A stretch of DNA of 64,000 bases, taken from assembly GCA_963771275.1 (NCBI GenBank), contig CAVYSW010000009.1, forward strand, positions 160,001 to 224,000, in the 5' to 3' direction. The first letter of the stretch is position 1, and the number at the start of each line of letters is the position of its first letter. The position numbers and the translations under genes were made by a program. Under the pieces are notes generated by a model. That model had not been told where the DNA came from, ran no database searches, and saw nothing but the letters and a program-made list of their open reading frames with translations. The DNA is from an uncultured Gemmatimonadales bacterium. GTDB taxonomy: Bacteria; Gemmatimonadota; Gemmatimonadetes; Gemmatimonadales; GWC2-71-9. Below, one piece after another: positions 27,901 through 39,427 of the stretch.

Positions 27901-29802
27901 CTACATCTCCACCTGCACGCCCACCTCGAACACCTGACCCGGCGGGATCTGGAAGAACGCCGTGGCCGAGAGGGCGTTGCGCGACAGGAGCGCGAACAGG
28001 CGCTCCCGCCAGCGGGCCATGGCGGGGCGCTTGGCCGCGACGAGCGTCTCGCGGCCGAGGAAGAAGGTGGTGGCCTCGAGCCGGACCTCGACCCCGTGAG
28101 GGCCAAGGCGGCTCAGGATGTCGGGCATGCTCGGCTCCTCCATGAACCCGTACCGCGCCGTGATCGAGTGGAAGCCGTTCCCCAGGAACCGCACCGCAAC
28201 CCGCTCGTTCGGCGGCACGCTGGGGACCTCCTCCGAGAGCACGGAGACGAACAGCACCTGTTGGTGCAGCACCTTGTTGTGCGCCAGGTTGTGCACCAGC
28301 GCCGCCGGCGTCTCGCCGACGTTGGGGGTCAGGAACACCGCGGTGCCGGGCACCCGCGTCGGCGGCTCGGCCGCGATATCGCCGAGGAGGATCTCGAGCG
28401 GGACGGCGCTCTCGCGGAGGCGCGAGCGGAGCAGCGCGCGCCCGCGCTGCCACGTCGTCAGGATGGTGTACACCACGGCGGCGACGACGAGCGGGAACCA
28501 GCCGCCGTGCTCGACCTTGATCACGTTCGCGGTGAAGAAGGCGAGGTCCACGAGCAGGAAGGTCGCGGTGACGGCCAGCGAGGCCGCCAGGGGCCACCCC
28601 CAGAGCTTGCGCGTGACCACGAACGCCAGGGCGGTGGTGACGATCATGGTGGTCGTCACCGCCACCCCGTAGGCGTGGGCGAGGCCGCTCGACGTGCGGA
28701 ACGCCAGCACGACCCCGATGGTCGCCACCGCCAGCGCCCAATTGACCCCCGGGACGTAGATCTGCCCGATCGTGCGTGCCGACGTGTGGACGATGCTCAT
28801 CCGCGGCAGGTAGCCGAGCTGCACGGCCTGACGGGTGAGCGAGAACGCCCCGGAGATGATCGCCTGCGACGCAATGATCGCCGCCATCGTGGCCAGCGCG
28901 ACGAGCGGGTAGAGCCCCCAGTCCGGTGCCAATTGGTAGAACGGGTTGCGCACCGTCCCCGGGGCCGCGAGCAGCAGGGCTCCCTGCCCGAAGTAGTTGA
29001 GCACCAGGGAGGGCCCCACCAGGGTGAACCAGTCGAGCTGGATCGGCCGCTCGCCGAAGTGGCCGAGGTCGGCATAGAGCGCCTCGCCGCCGGTCGCCAC
29101 CAGGAAGACGGCTCCGAGCACGACGAAGGCGGTGAATCGGTTGGCGGCGAAGAAGCGTACGGCGTGCACGGGGCTCACCGCTTCGAGCACGCCGGGCTCC
29201 ATCAGGATGCCCCGGACCCCGAGTGCCGCGATGGTGATGAACCACACGAGGAGCACCGGCCCGAACACGCTCCCTACCCCGGCCGTGCCGCGGCGCTGGA
29301 CCAGGAACAGCGCGGTGAGAATCGCGATCGAGATCGGGACGACGTAGGGACTCAGGACCGGGGTGGCCACCTCCAGCCCCTCGACGGCCCCGAGCACCGA
29401 GATCGCCGGGGTGATGACGCCGTCGCCATAGAGCAGCGCGCCGCCGAACAGCCCGAGGGCCACCACGACCCATTGTCGCCGTCGCCCCGTCACCGCGCCG
29501 CGCACCAGCGCCATGAGCGCGAGGATTCCCCCTTCGCCGCGGTTGTCGGCGCGGATCACGTACACGTGATACTTGGCGGTGACGACGATGATGAGGGACC
29601 AGAAGATCAGCGACAGGATGCCAAGGACGTTCTCCCGCGTCACCGGCACGGCGCGGAGCCCGAAGAAGCACTCGCGCACCGCGTACAGGGGACTCGTCCC
29701 GATGTCTCCGTAGACGACGCCGAGGGCGGTCAGCGAGAGCGCCAGCAGGTACCGCCCGTGCGGCCGCTCGTGCCCGCCGGACTGCGCCAGCGGTGCCGTC
29801 AT
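27901..29802 (-). CDS. kup: KUP/HAK/KT potassium uptake protein
   Basis: LGVVYGDIGTSPLYA, DNRGEGG, YGDGVITPAISVL, GGEALYADLGHFG; ATG overlaps the upstream stop. Confidence 0.95.
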   Translation of the reverse strand: MTAPLAQSGGHERPHGRYLLALSLTALGVVYGDIGTSPLYAVRECFFGLRAVPVTRENVLGILSLIFWSLIIVVTAKYHVYVIRADNRGEGGILALMALVRGAVTGRRRQWVVVALGLFGGALLYGDGVITPAISVLGAVEGLEVATPVLSPYVVPISIAILTALFLVQRRGTAGVGSVFGPVLLVWFITIAALGVRGILMEPGVLEAVSPVHAVRFFAANRFTAFVVLGAVFLVATGGEALYADLGHFGERPIQLDWFTLVGPSLVLNYFGQGALLLAAPGTVRNPFYQLAPDWGLYPLVALATMAAIIASQAIISGAFSLTRQAVQLGYLPRMSIVHTSARTIGQIYVPGVNWALAVATIGVVLAFRTSSGLAHAYGVAVTTTMIVTTALAFVVTRKLWGWPLAASLAVTATFLLVDLAFFTANVIKVEHGGWFPLVVAAVVYTILTTWQRGRALLRSRLRESAVPLEILLGDIAAEPPTRVPGTAVFLTPNVGETPAALVHNLAHNKVLHQQVLFVSVLSEEVPSVPPNERVAVRFLGNGFHSITARYGFMEEPSMPDILSRLGPHGVEVRLEATTFFLGRETLVAAKRPAMARWRERLFALLSRNALSATAFFQIPPGQVFEVGVQVEM

Positions 29803-30224
29803 TCCGCGACGACCCGCACCGCCCCGATCTCGAGCAGCGCCTCCAGCATGTTCGCTGCGCCGCCGTGCTCGACGATGCGGCCCGCGACGACCCGATCGAC
29901 GTTGACGCCCGTGATCACGACGGGACGCCCGGTGGGCTTGATGCCGAGCCACGTGCCCCGGTGCGTGCCGCGCGCCGTCAGCTGCGTCACCACCCACTCG
30001 CCTTCGGCGATCTGGCGCTCGACGGTGAGGCACAAGTCCGCGTACACCTCACGCACCCCACGGACGTGCTGGGCCATGCCCTCGACCCCGCTGGTCACGC
30101 GGACCTTGCCGTCGGTCTCGACGCAATCCGTCGAGACGAAGTCAGCCAGGCCATCGACGTTGCCGGTGTTGACGACTTCCTCGATGAAGCGTCGCACGAG
30201 GCGCTTGTTCGCTTCCAGAGTCAT
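29799..30224 (-). CDS. SnoaL-like ester cyclase
   Basis: ANKRLVRRFIEEV, IAEGEWV, GTHRGTWLGIKPTGRPV, GRIVEH. Confidence 0.85.
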   Translation of the reverse strand: MTLEANKRLVRRFIEEVVNTGNVDGLADFVSTDCVETDGKVRVTSGVEGMAQHVRGVREVYADLCLTVERQIAEGEWVVTQLTARGTHRGTWLGIKPTGRPVVITGVNVDRVVAGRIVEHGGAANMLEALLEIGAVRVVAE

Positions 30225-30348
30225 CGGGCGACCTCGGTCCCGTCCCAGGGTGGCGATCAATGTAGACCGGCGGCGCGCGACGGGCGAGGGACCGGCGGAA
30301 AGCATCAGGGAACGGCGATGTCGCGAAACGCGCGCGGCGTGAGCCCGA

Positions 30349-30487
30349 GTACCTGGCCTCGGCGCTGCCGGGATCGGCGACACCCTGGAGCCGCGGCGCG
30401 GGCTCGGGATAGAAGGTCCAGCCCTCTGGGCAACGCTGGCCGGTTGCGGTGGACCCTTGAGCGGACCCTTGCACGTGCGCCGGTCGA
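30349..30487 (-). pseudogene. Internal fragment of an unrelated secreted protein, cut at the repeat junction
   Basis: DRRTCKGPLKG/TATGQRCPEGWTFYPEPAPRLQGVADPGSAEARY with one frameshift; no start or stop of its own. Confidence 0.5.
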
Positions 30488-30798
30488 CCGGTTCGCGCTA
30501 TACGCCGCCAATCAGCTCGGCACCGACGCCGACGGCAACGTGCTGGTGGACCTGAACCGCGACGGCGGCACGGACTTCGTCCTGGACAATCCGAATTTCC
30601 GCTACCTGTCGCTCCGCGGGAACGCGGTGCTGCGCTGGGAGTACCGCCGCGGCTCGACGCTGTTCCTCGTCTGGCAGCACGGCCGGGAGGACTCCAACCA
30701 CCAGGGCACCTTCAGCCTGCGGCAGGGACTCGACCAGCTGTTCGCCGCCCCGGCCACGAACACGCTGCTCGTGAAGCTCAACTACTGGCTGAGTCTCT
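30485..30798 (+). repeat. 314-bp direct repeat, copy 2 (orphan 3' end of the DUF5916 gene)
   Basis: Identical to 25189-25502; ends in TGA rather than TAG. Confidence 0.95.
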
Positions 30799-30982
30799 GA
30801 CAGACATGAAAAGTGAGAAGTGAAAAGTCGGTCCCCGGCGCCGACTGGCGTTCACGCTTCCCTCTTCCCTTGGTCGACGGGCGGGCCGGGTTCAGGTAGC
30901 TACACCTGACCGTCACCTTTCTGTAATCCGGCCGTCCCGTCACCTACCGTTCCCATCTTGAGGTCAGTCGTCGGCAAGGAGT

Positions 30983-31471
30983 TCACCCGCCGGCCTTTCC
31001 GATGCGCACGCGCTTCAAGTGGCGGTACTCGCGCCAAATGAGCAGCAGCACGGCGAGATCGCCGGCCGTCAACAGCGCCAGGACGATGGAGTGTGCGAGG
31101 ATGCCGCGGTAGCTCTGGTAGAGCACGAACACCCCGAGGAAGCCGAGTGCCGCCGGAAAGACCCGGAGCCTCTCCCGCAGCAGGCCCACCATCAGCAGCA
31201 GCTTGATCAGGCCGTGCCCCAGCAGATATATCGCGGCGGCCAGCGTCGTGGTGGAAGAGATGTGGTTGACGACGTGGCGCAGCAGATTGGCGACCTCGTC
31301 GGCCGGGTCCTCGGACAGCTCGTGGGCCGTCAGGAACCGCACGATCGTGTTGAGCGTCCCGGGATCGACGACGAGAAACACGAGGCCGCCGATCACTTCC
31401 AGCGCGCCGTCGACACCCTTTACGATCACGCCCAGTCGAAACAGCCGGTGCGCCGTGCCACCCTGCTTCAT
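30983..31471 (-). CDS. DUF2127-like membrane protein
   Basis: KGVDGALEVIGG, HELSEDP, YLLGHGLIK, LIWREY. Confidence 0.75.
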   Translation of the reverse strand: MKQGGTAHRLFRLGVIVKGVDGALEVIGGLVFLVVDPGTLNTIVRFLTAHELSEDPADEVANLLRHVVNHISSTTTLAAAIYLLGHGLIKLLLMVGLLRERLRVFPAALGFLGVFVLYQSYRGILAHSIVLALLTAGDLAVLLLIWREYRHLKRVRIGKAGG

Positions 31472-31615
31472 GCCGCACCTCGGCTCCCACAGGAGAATCG
31501 CATCCGGGTCAGGCGGGGCCGGTGAGCTTCTACCCCCCGTTGGGGTACCCTACACGGGGACAACACGGTTGTCCAACTCGATTCCTAGCATGAGACGCGC
31601 ATCCTGCCCGAGCAC

Positions 31616-32905
31616 GTGACGAACGGCGTGCACGCGCCGCGGCTCCTCGCCGAGACCTTCCGCGGCGACCTCCGCTACCTCATGGCGGGCCGCGCGCTAC
31701 GCAGCCTGACCCAGGGGTATCTCGCCGTCGTCGTCCCGCTGTTCCTGGTGGAGCTCGGCTACAACAGCATCCATGTGGGCGCTCTGCTCACGGCCGCGGC
31801 CGGAACCGGCGCCCTGCTCACGGGGCTCGTCGGCTTCGCCGGGGACCGCTACGGCCGCAAGCCGCTGCTGGTGTTGCTCGGGCTCTTCACGGCAGCCGGC
31901 GCGGTCGCCTTCGCCCTGTCGACCTGGTATCCGGTGCTGGTCGTCGCCGGCTCCCTCGGCACCATTGGCCGGGGCGGGGGCGCGGCCAGCGGCGGCGCGT
32001 TCGGCCCGTACTACCCCGCCGAGCAGGCGCTCATCGCGGAGCAATCGGGCGACGCCGCCCGGACGACCGTGTTCGCCGGGCTCTCGCTCGTCGGGGTCGT
32101 GGCCGCCGCCATTGGTTCGGCGCTCGCCGCCCTGCCCCGGCTGCTCACGGCGACCGGGCTCGGCACCCGAATGGACGGCTACCACGCGATCTTCTGGCTC
32201 ACCGCCGTCCTCGGGCTCGCCATGGCCGTCGTCGTCCTCCCGATTCGCGAGCGCCGGCCAGCCGGCCGGCCCGAGGCCCCGCGCAAGGCGGCGCCGCTCT
32301 CGCCGGAGACCCGGCGTCTGCTCGCCCGATTCGCCGTCACCAACGCCGTCAACGGACTCGCCGTCGGGTTTCTGGGCCCCATTCTGTCCCTCTGGTTTCA
32401 CCTTCGTTACGGCGTGGGCACCGCCGAGATCGGCGCGCTCTACTTCGCGGTCAACCTCGCGGCGATCGTCCCGTATCTCGGCGTCCCGTGGGCCACGCGA
32501 CGGATGGGTGGGGCCGTGCGGACCGTCGTGGCGGCGCGGCTCGTCTCGGGGAGCCTGCTCGCGCTCATCCCCCTCATGCCCACGTTCGTCCTGGCGGGAA
32601 CCGTCTACCTGGTCCGGATGGTGGTCAACGCCGTCTCCGTGCCGGTTCGCCAGTCGTACGTCATGGGCATCGTCCAGGCATCCGAGCGCGCGCGCATGGC
32701 GGCGCTGTCCAACCTCCCCGCCCGCGCCTTCGCGATGCTCGGCCCGTTGGCCGCCGGCGTCATGCTGCGGACCATGTGGCTCGGCGTGCCACTGGAGCTG
32801 TCGTCGGCCCTGCAGCTCGGGTACTCATGGCTGTACTGGCGCCTCTTCCGGAACGTCCGGCCCCCCGAGGAAGCCCGGGCCCCCGACGCGTACGACAGCG
32901 GGTAG
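31616..32905 (+). CDS. MFS transporter
   Basis: GDRYGRK motif A, about 12 TM segments, RQSYVM. Confidence 0.88.
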   Translation: MTNGVHAPRLLAETFRGDLRYLMAGRALRSLTQGYLAVVVPLFLVELGYNSIHVGALLTAAAGTGALLTGLVGFAGDRYGRKPLLVLLGLFTAAGAVAFALSTWYPVLVVAGSLGTIGRGGGAASGGAFGPYYPAEQALIAEQSGDAARTTVFAGLSLVGVVAAAIGSALAALPRLLTATGLGTRMDGYHAIFWLTAVLGLAMAVVVLPIRERRPAGRPEAPRKAAPLSPETRRLLARFAVTNAVNGLAVGFLGPILSLWFHLRYGVGTAEIGALYFAVNLAAIVPYLGVPWATRRMGGAVRTVVAARLVSGSLLALIPLMPTFVLAGTVYLVRMVVNAVSVPVRQSYVMGIVQASERARMAALSNLPARAFAMLGPLAAGVMLRTMWLGVPLELSSALQLGYSWLYWRLFRNVRPPEEARAPDAYDSG

Positions 32906-32997
32906 CGGCGGGGCCAACGACGCACGCGGCGGAGCCCGACCGGCGCGAGCCAGGGCTCGTCCCGTCGGGCTCCCCAAGCGACACGTGGTGGACTGTG

Positions 32998-33393
32998 CTA
33001 CTTCGTGCTCGCCGTGCTCGCCGCGGCCGCCGCGGCCTCCTTGCGCAGCAACACCATCAGGGTATCGCTGATCTGCCCCGTCACGGGCAGGTTGTGGGCC
33101 CGCTCGAACTTCCGCAGCGCCTCGTGCGTGTCCGGGCTCATCAGGCCCGTCTTGAACCCATCGTACAATTTGAGCTGCGTGAGCCAGAACTGGACTTCTC
33201 TGATGTCGGCCCGTGAACGCCGCGTCGGTGAAGGCACCCACGTGGTGTCGACGGCGCTGGGGGCGTTGCCGACCGGCGTGGACAGGAGCATCGGCGTGGC
33301 AGCGGGGTGCCGTGGGGTCGTCACATGCGCGAGCGCGGGTGTCGAGACGGCGACCAGCAACCCCAAGGCAAGCAGGCTGGTTGTGCGGGTCAT
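32998..33393 (-). CDS. Secreted peptidoglycan-binding-domain protein
   Basis: Signal peptide; IREVQFWL...Y...G...THEALRKFERAHNLPVTG (PG_binding_1 pattern). Confidence 0.75.
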   Translation of the reverse strand: MTRTTSLLALGLLVAVSTPALAHVTTPRHPAATPMLLSTPVGNAPSAVDTTWVPSPTRRSRADIREVQFWLTQLKLYDGFKTGLMSPDTHEALRKFERAHNLPVTGQISDTLMVLLRKEAAAAAASTASTK

Positions 33394-33601
33394 GGTCGGT
33401 TCCTCCGAGTAAGCGGTTCAGAGCGGTGATGCGGTGCGCCGCTCTGCCCCGTGGGAAGGCAACCGTCGTGCCGTTTGTCGCCGGTTCCGCAAGTCTTTGT
33501 TGGGAACACGGTTCCGACCCGAGCGCGCGATCGTCCCCTGGCAAGGAAGCCGGGATTGCACAGACAGGGTGTCCCTGCCGGTCAATCTGTCCCGGGACCC
33601 C

Positions 33602-34420
33602 TCACCCTTCCCCCTCCCCGAGGGCCCGCCACATCGCCTCGGCAGACGCCCACCGCTCCCCGGGCAGCTTGCGGAGCGCACGCATGATACCGGCCGCGAT
33701 CGGCGCGGGCGCGTCCGGACGATAGTCCCGCACGTCCCGTGGCTGCTCGCTCTGCTGGAGCCGGAGCACCATCTCCTCGCGGGGATGCACGAACGGCGGC
33801 CGGCCGGCGAGGCACTCGAACAGAACGCACCCGGTCGAGTAGATGTCGCTGCGATGGTCGATCGTCTCCGCGCCGGACACCTGCTCCGGACTCATGTAGG
33901 TGGACGTGCCCACGGTGAAGCCCGAGCGCGTGAGCCGCACCATGTCGGCCGCGGCGACGATGGCTTTGGCGATCCCGAAGTCGAGCAGCACCACGCCGTC
34001 CGGGCTCAGCACGACGTTGTCCGGCTTCACGTCCCGGTGCACGATGCCGTGCCCGTGCGCGTACGCCAATGCGCTGAGCAGGTCGCGCGCGATGCGTCGG
34101 GTATCGCTGAGGGACGCCCGCCGGACGCGATCGAGGTGCTGCCGCAGGGTCGGGCCTTCAACCCAGTTCATCACGTAGTAGAGGAAGTAGTGCGCCTCGC
34201 CCGAGTCGACCACCCGCGCGATGCTGGGGTGCTCGAGCTGCCGCAGGAAGGCGACCTCCCGGAGAAAGCGATCGGCCGTGACCGTCACCGCCAGCTCGGG
34301 GTGCAGGATCTTGATCGCGACCGCCCGGCCATCCGGCGCCTGCCCCGAGAACACCCGCGCGGCGCCACCCCGCGCGATCTCCCGCTCGACCGCGTAGCGC
34401 CCGTGCAGGGCCTCACGCAC
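33602..34420 (-). CDS. Ser/Thr protein kinase (stand-alone catalytic domain)
   Basis: VAIK, HRDVKPDN, DFG, YMSPE, DIYSTG; start uncertain. Confidence 0.92.
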   Translation of the reverse strand: MREALHGRYAVEREIARGGAARVFSGQAPDGRAVAIKILHPELAVTVTADRFLREVAFLRQLEHPSIARVVDSGEAHYFLYYVMNWVEGPTLRQHLDRVRRASLSDTRRIARDLLSALAYAHGHGIVHRDVKPDNVVLSPDGVVLLDFGIAKAIVAAADMVRLTRSGFTVGTSTYMSPEQVSGAETIDHRSDIYSTGCVLFECLAGRPPFVHPREEMVLRLQQSEQPRDVRDYRPDAPAPIAAGIMRALRKLPGERWASAEAMWRALGEGEG

Positions 34421-34474
34421 CAGGGGGAACAGCTCGCGCGACGTGATCGGCTCCGAGGAAATCGGGTTCCATTA

Positions 34475-34571
34475 AATGTTCAATGTTCAATGTTCAATGT
34501 TCAATGTCCAATGTCCAAGGAGTCGAGCAGGCGGTCCATCACTGCCCGACAGCCTTGGTCATGGGACATTC
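34475..34571. repeat. Palindromic heptamer element, copy 2
   Basis: AATGTTC x4, AATGTCC x2, AAGG, GC-rich inner hairpin, then CCTTGGTCATGGGACATTC. Confidence 0.85.
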
Positions 34572-34593
34572 ATCCCCGGAGACTGGACCTGGA

Positions 34594-35496
34594 TCAGTCG
34601 TGCTTCACCGCCGCTCCCCTGGTTCCCAGATAGATCGCTCCCAGCGCGAGCAGCGCCCCCGCCAGATCGCTCGCACGGGTCGGCCGGTGAAACAGCAGCA
34701 CATCCCACACGAACGCGAGCGATGGCTGCAGCAGCAGCACGAGACCCGCCCGGCCGGCCTCGACGTGCGGCAGGCCGTGGGAGATCAGCAGCCACGCCAC
34801 CACCTGCGCGGTCACCCCGTAGCCCAGGAGCAGCGCGCCGGTGCGTGCGTCGGGGATCGCGAAGGTCGCCCCTTCCAACCCCACGCTCGCGGCGAGCAGC
34901 GCCGTCGTGACGAAGCAGATCGTCATGAGGTTGGGAATCGGCTCGAGCCGGCCCGCGCGCGCCTGGCTGGCGCGGAGCGCCAGGAGGTACGACCCGTACG
35001 ACACCGCGGTGAGCAGCCCCAGCACCACACCCCACCGATAGCCCGCCGGCAGCGCCCTCCAGTCCACGCCCACCAGCAGAAACAGCCCCACCAACGCGAG
35101 CGGGATCCCGACCACGAGCCGCCAACTCGGGCGCTCCTTGAGAATCAGGATGCCGAAGGCCGCCAGCATGAACACCTGGAAGTTGGCGAGGATCGTGGCG
35201 AGCCCCGGACCGACGAGGTGGATGCTGCGGTGCCAGAAGATGAGATCGAACGTGAAGGCCAGTCCCGCCGCCGCCGCGAACCCGAACGCCCGGCCCCCGA
35301 CCCAGAGGCGCTCGCGCCGCGCCGTGGCCAGCGCGAGCAGCACGATCCCGCCCACCAGCATGCGGTAGAACCCCGCCGCCGTGGGCCCGATGGTGGCCAG
35401 CTTCACGAACACGGGCGCGACGCTCAGGAGCACCGCACCCGCCGCGACCTGCCACAGGGCCAAAGTCGGGCGGCGCCGGTCGGGGGATGCAATCAC
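34594..35496 (-). CDS. DMT/EamA-family transporter
   Basis: About 10 TM segments, GPGLATILANFQV, LKER, LLLQP; start estimated at GTG 35496. Confidence 0.85.
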   Translation of the reverse strand: MIASPDRRRPTLALWQVAAGAVLLSVAPVFVKLATIGPTAAGFYRMLVGGIVLLALATARRERLWVGGRAFGFAAAAGLAFTFDLIFWHRSIHLVGPGLATILANFQVFMLAAFGILILKERPSWRLVVGIPLALVGLFLLVGVDWRALPAGYRWGVVLGLLTAVSYGSYLLALRASQARAGRLEPIPNLMTICFVTTALLAASVGLEGATFAIPDARTGALLLGYGVTAQVVAWLLISHGLPHVEAGRAGLVLLLQPSLAFVWDVLLFHRPTRASDLAGALLALGAIYLGTRGAAVKHD

Positions 35497-35553
35497 GGGC
35501 GGTGAGACCTCGCACCAGGACGGAGGGTATTGTACACGGGAGGTGCTTCCGCG

Positions 35554-36024
35554 ATGAAATCCGGGTGGCTCGTCGTTCCCCTCATGATGGCTGCGGGTGC
35601 GGCGTGCAGCGAGCCGCCGGCCGGTCCCGAGACACCGGCGTGCCTGCCGGGCGTGTTCCCACCGGCGGCGATCGCCGGCACGCTGGATTACGTGGCCTGG
35701 GCGGACAGCGGCACGCAGCTGCTCGAGGGGGTGCTGGCCATCGCGGCGCAGTCCAACCAGCACATCGCCGGCACGTGGACCATTCACTGGGCGGCCGGCG
35801 CGGACACCGCCAACGCCAACGACATCGGCCCGCAGCTCGGGACCGGCGACCTGATCGGCGTGGTGCAGGATACCACCGTGCTCGTCAACCTCACTCCCGA
35901 CTTCGCCGACAACAACGTCGGGCTGCTGGGCTGCGTCACGGCCGCGGGTTTTGCCGGCACGTGGAGCCACGTGGGGATCGCCGGTGAGATCGCCCACGGG
36001 CCGTTCACCGCCACCAGGCGGTAG
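35554..36024 (+). CDS. Hypothetical lipoprotein
   Basis: GGAGGT RBS; MKSGWLVVPLMMAAGAAC lipobox; beta-rich. Confidence 0.7.
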   Translation: MKSGWLVVPLMMAAGAACSEPPAGPETPACLPGVFPPAAIAGTLDYVAWADSGTQLLEGVLAIAAQSNQHIAGTWTIHWAAGADTANANDIGPQLGTGDLIGVVQDTTVLVNLTPDFADNNVGLLGCVTAAGFAGTWSHVGIAGEIAHGPFTATRR

Positions 36025-36119
36025 ACCAGCTCGGCACCACCGCGCGACACGGCGCCCCAAGTCGGTGGCGCCCCCTCCCGTCGTTTCATAGATTTCGCCG
36101 GCATTCTCCCCATGCTCTC

Positions 36120-39350
<3,231 letters not shown>

Positions 39351-39427
39351 CGCGCCGGGGTCCCACCGCAACATCTTTCCCGGCCCGCGCGTAGCGTGGC
39401 TGACGCCTTTTTCCCTCGGAGCTCCTC

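Noticed and set aside
25189..30798. DGR template/variable repeat pair
   Set aside because: The copies are identical, with no adenine-specific mismatches, and there is no reverse transcriptase or Avd gene in the window
29793..30800. 335-aa ORF ending in the DUF5916 C-terminus
   Set aside because: Chance fusion of the antisense frame of the SnoaL gene with the duplicated segment; no credible start
30830..30982. Fluoride or other riboswitch near the DUF2127 gene
   Set aside because: No convincing consensus, and the segment lies downstream of the gene
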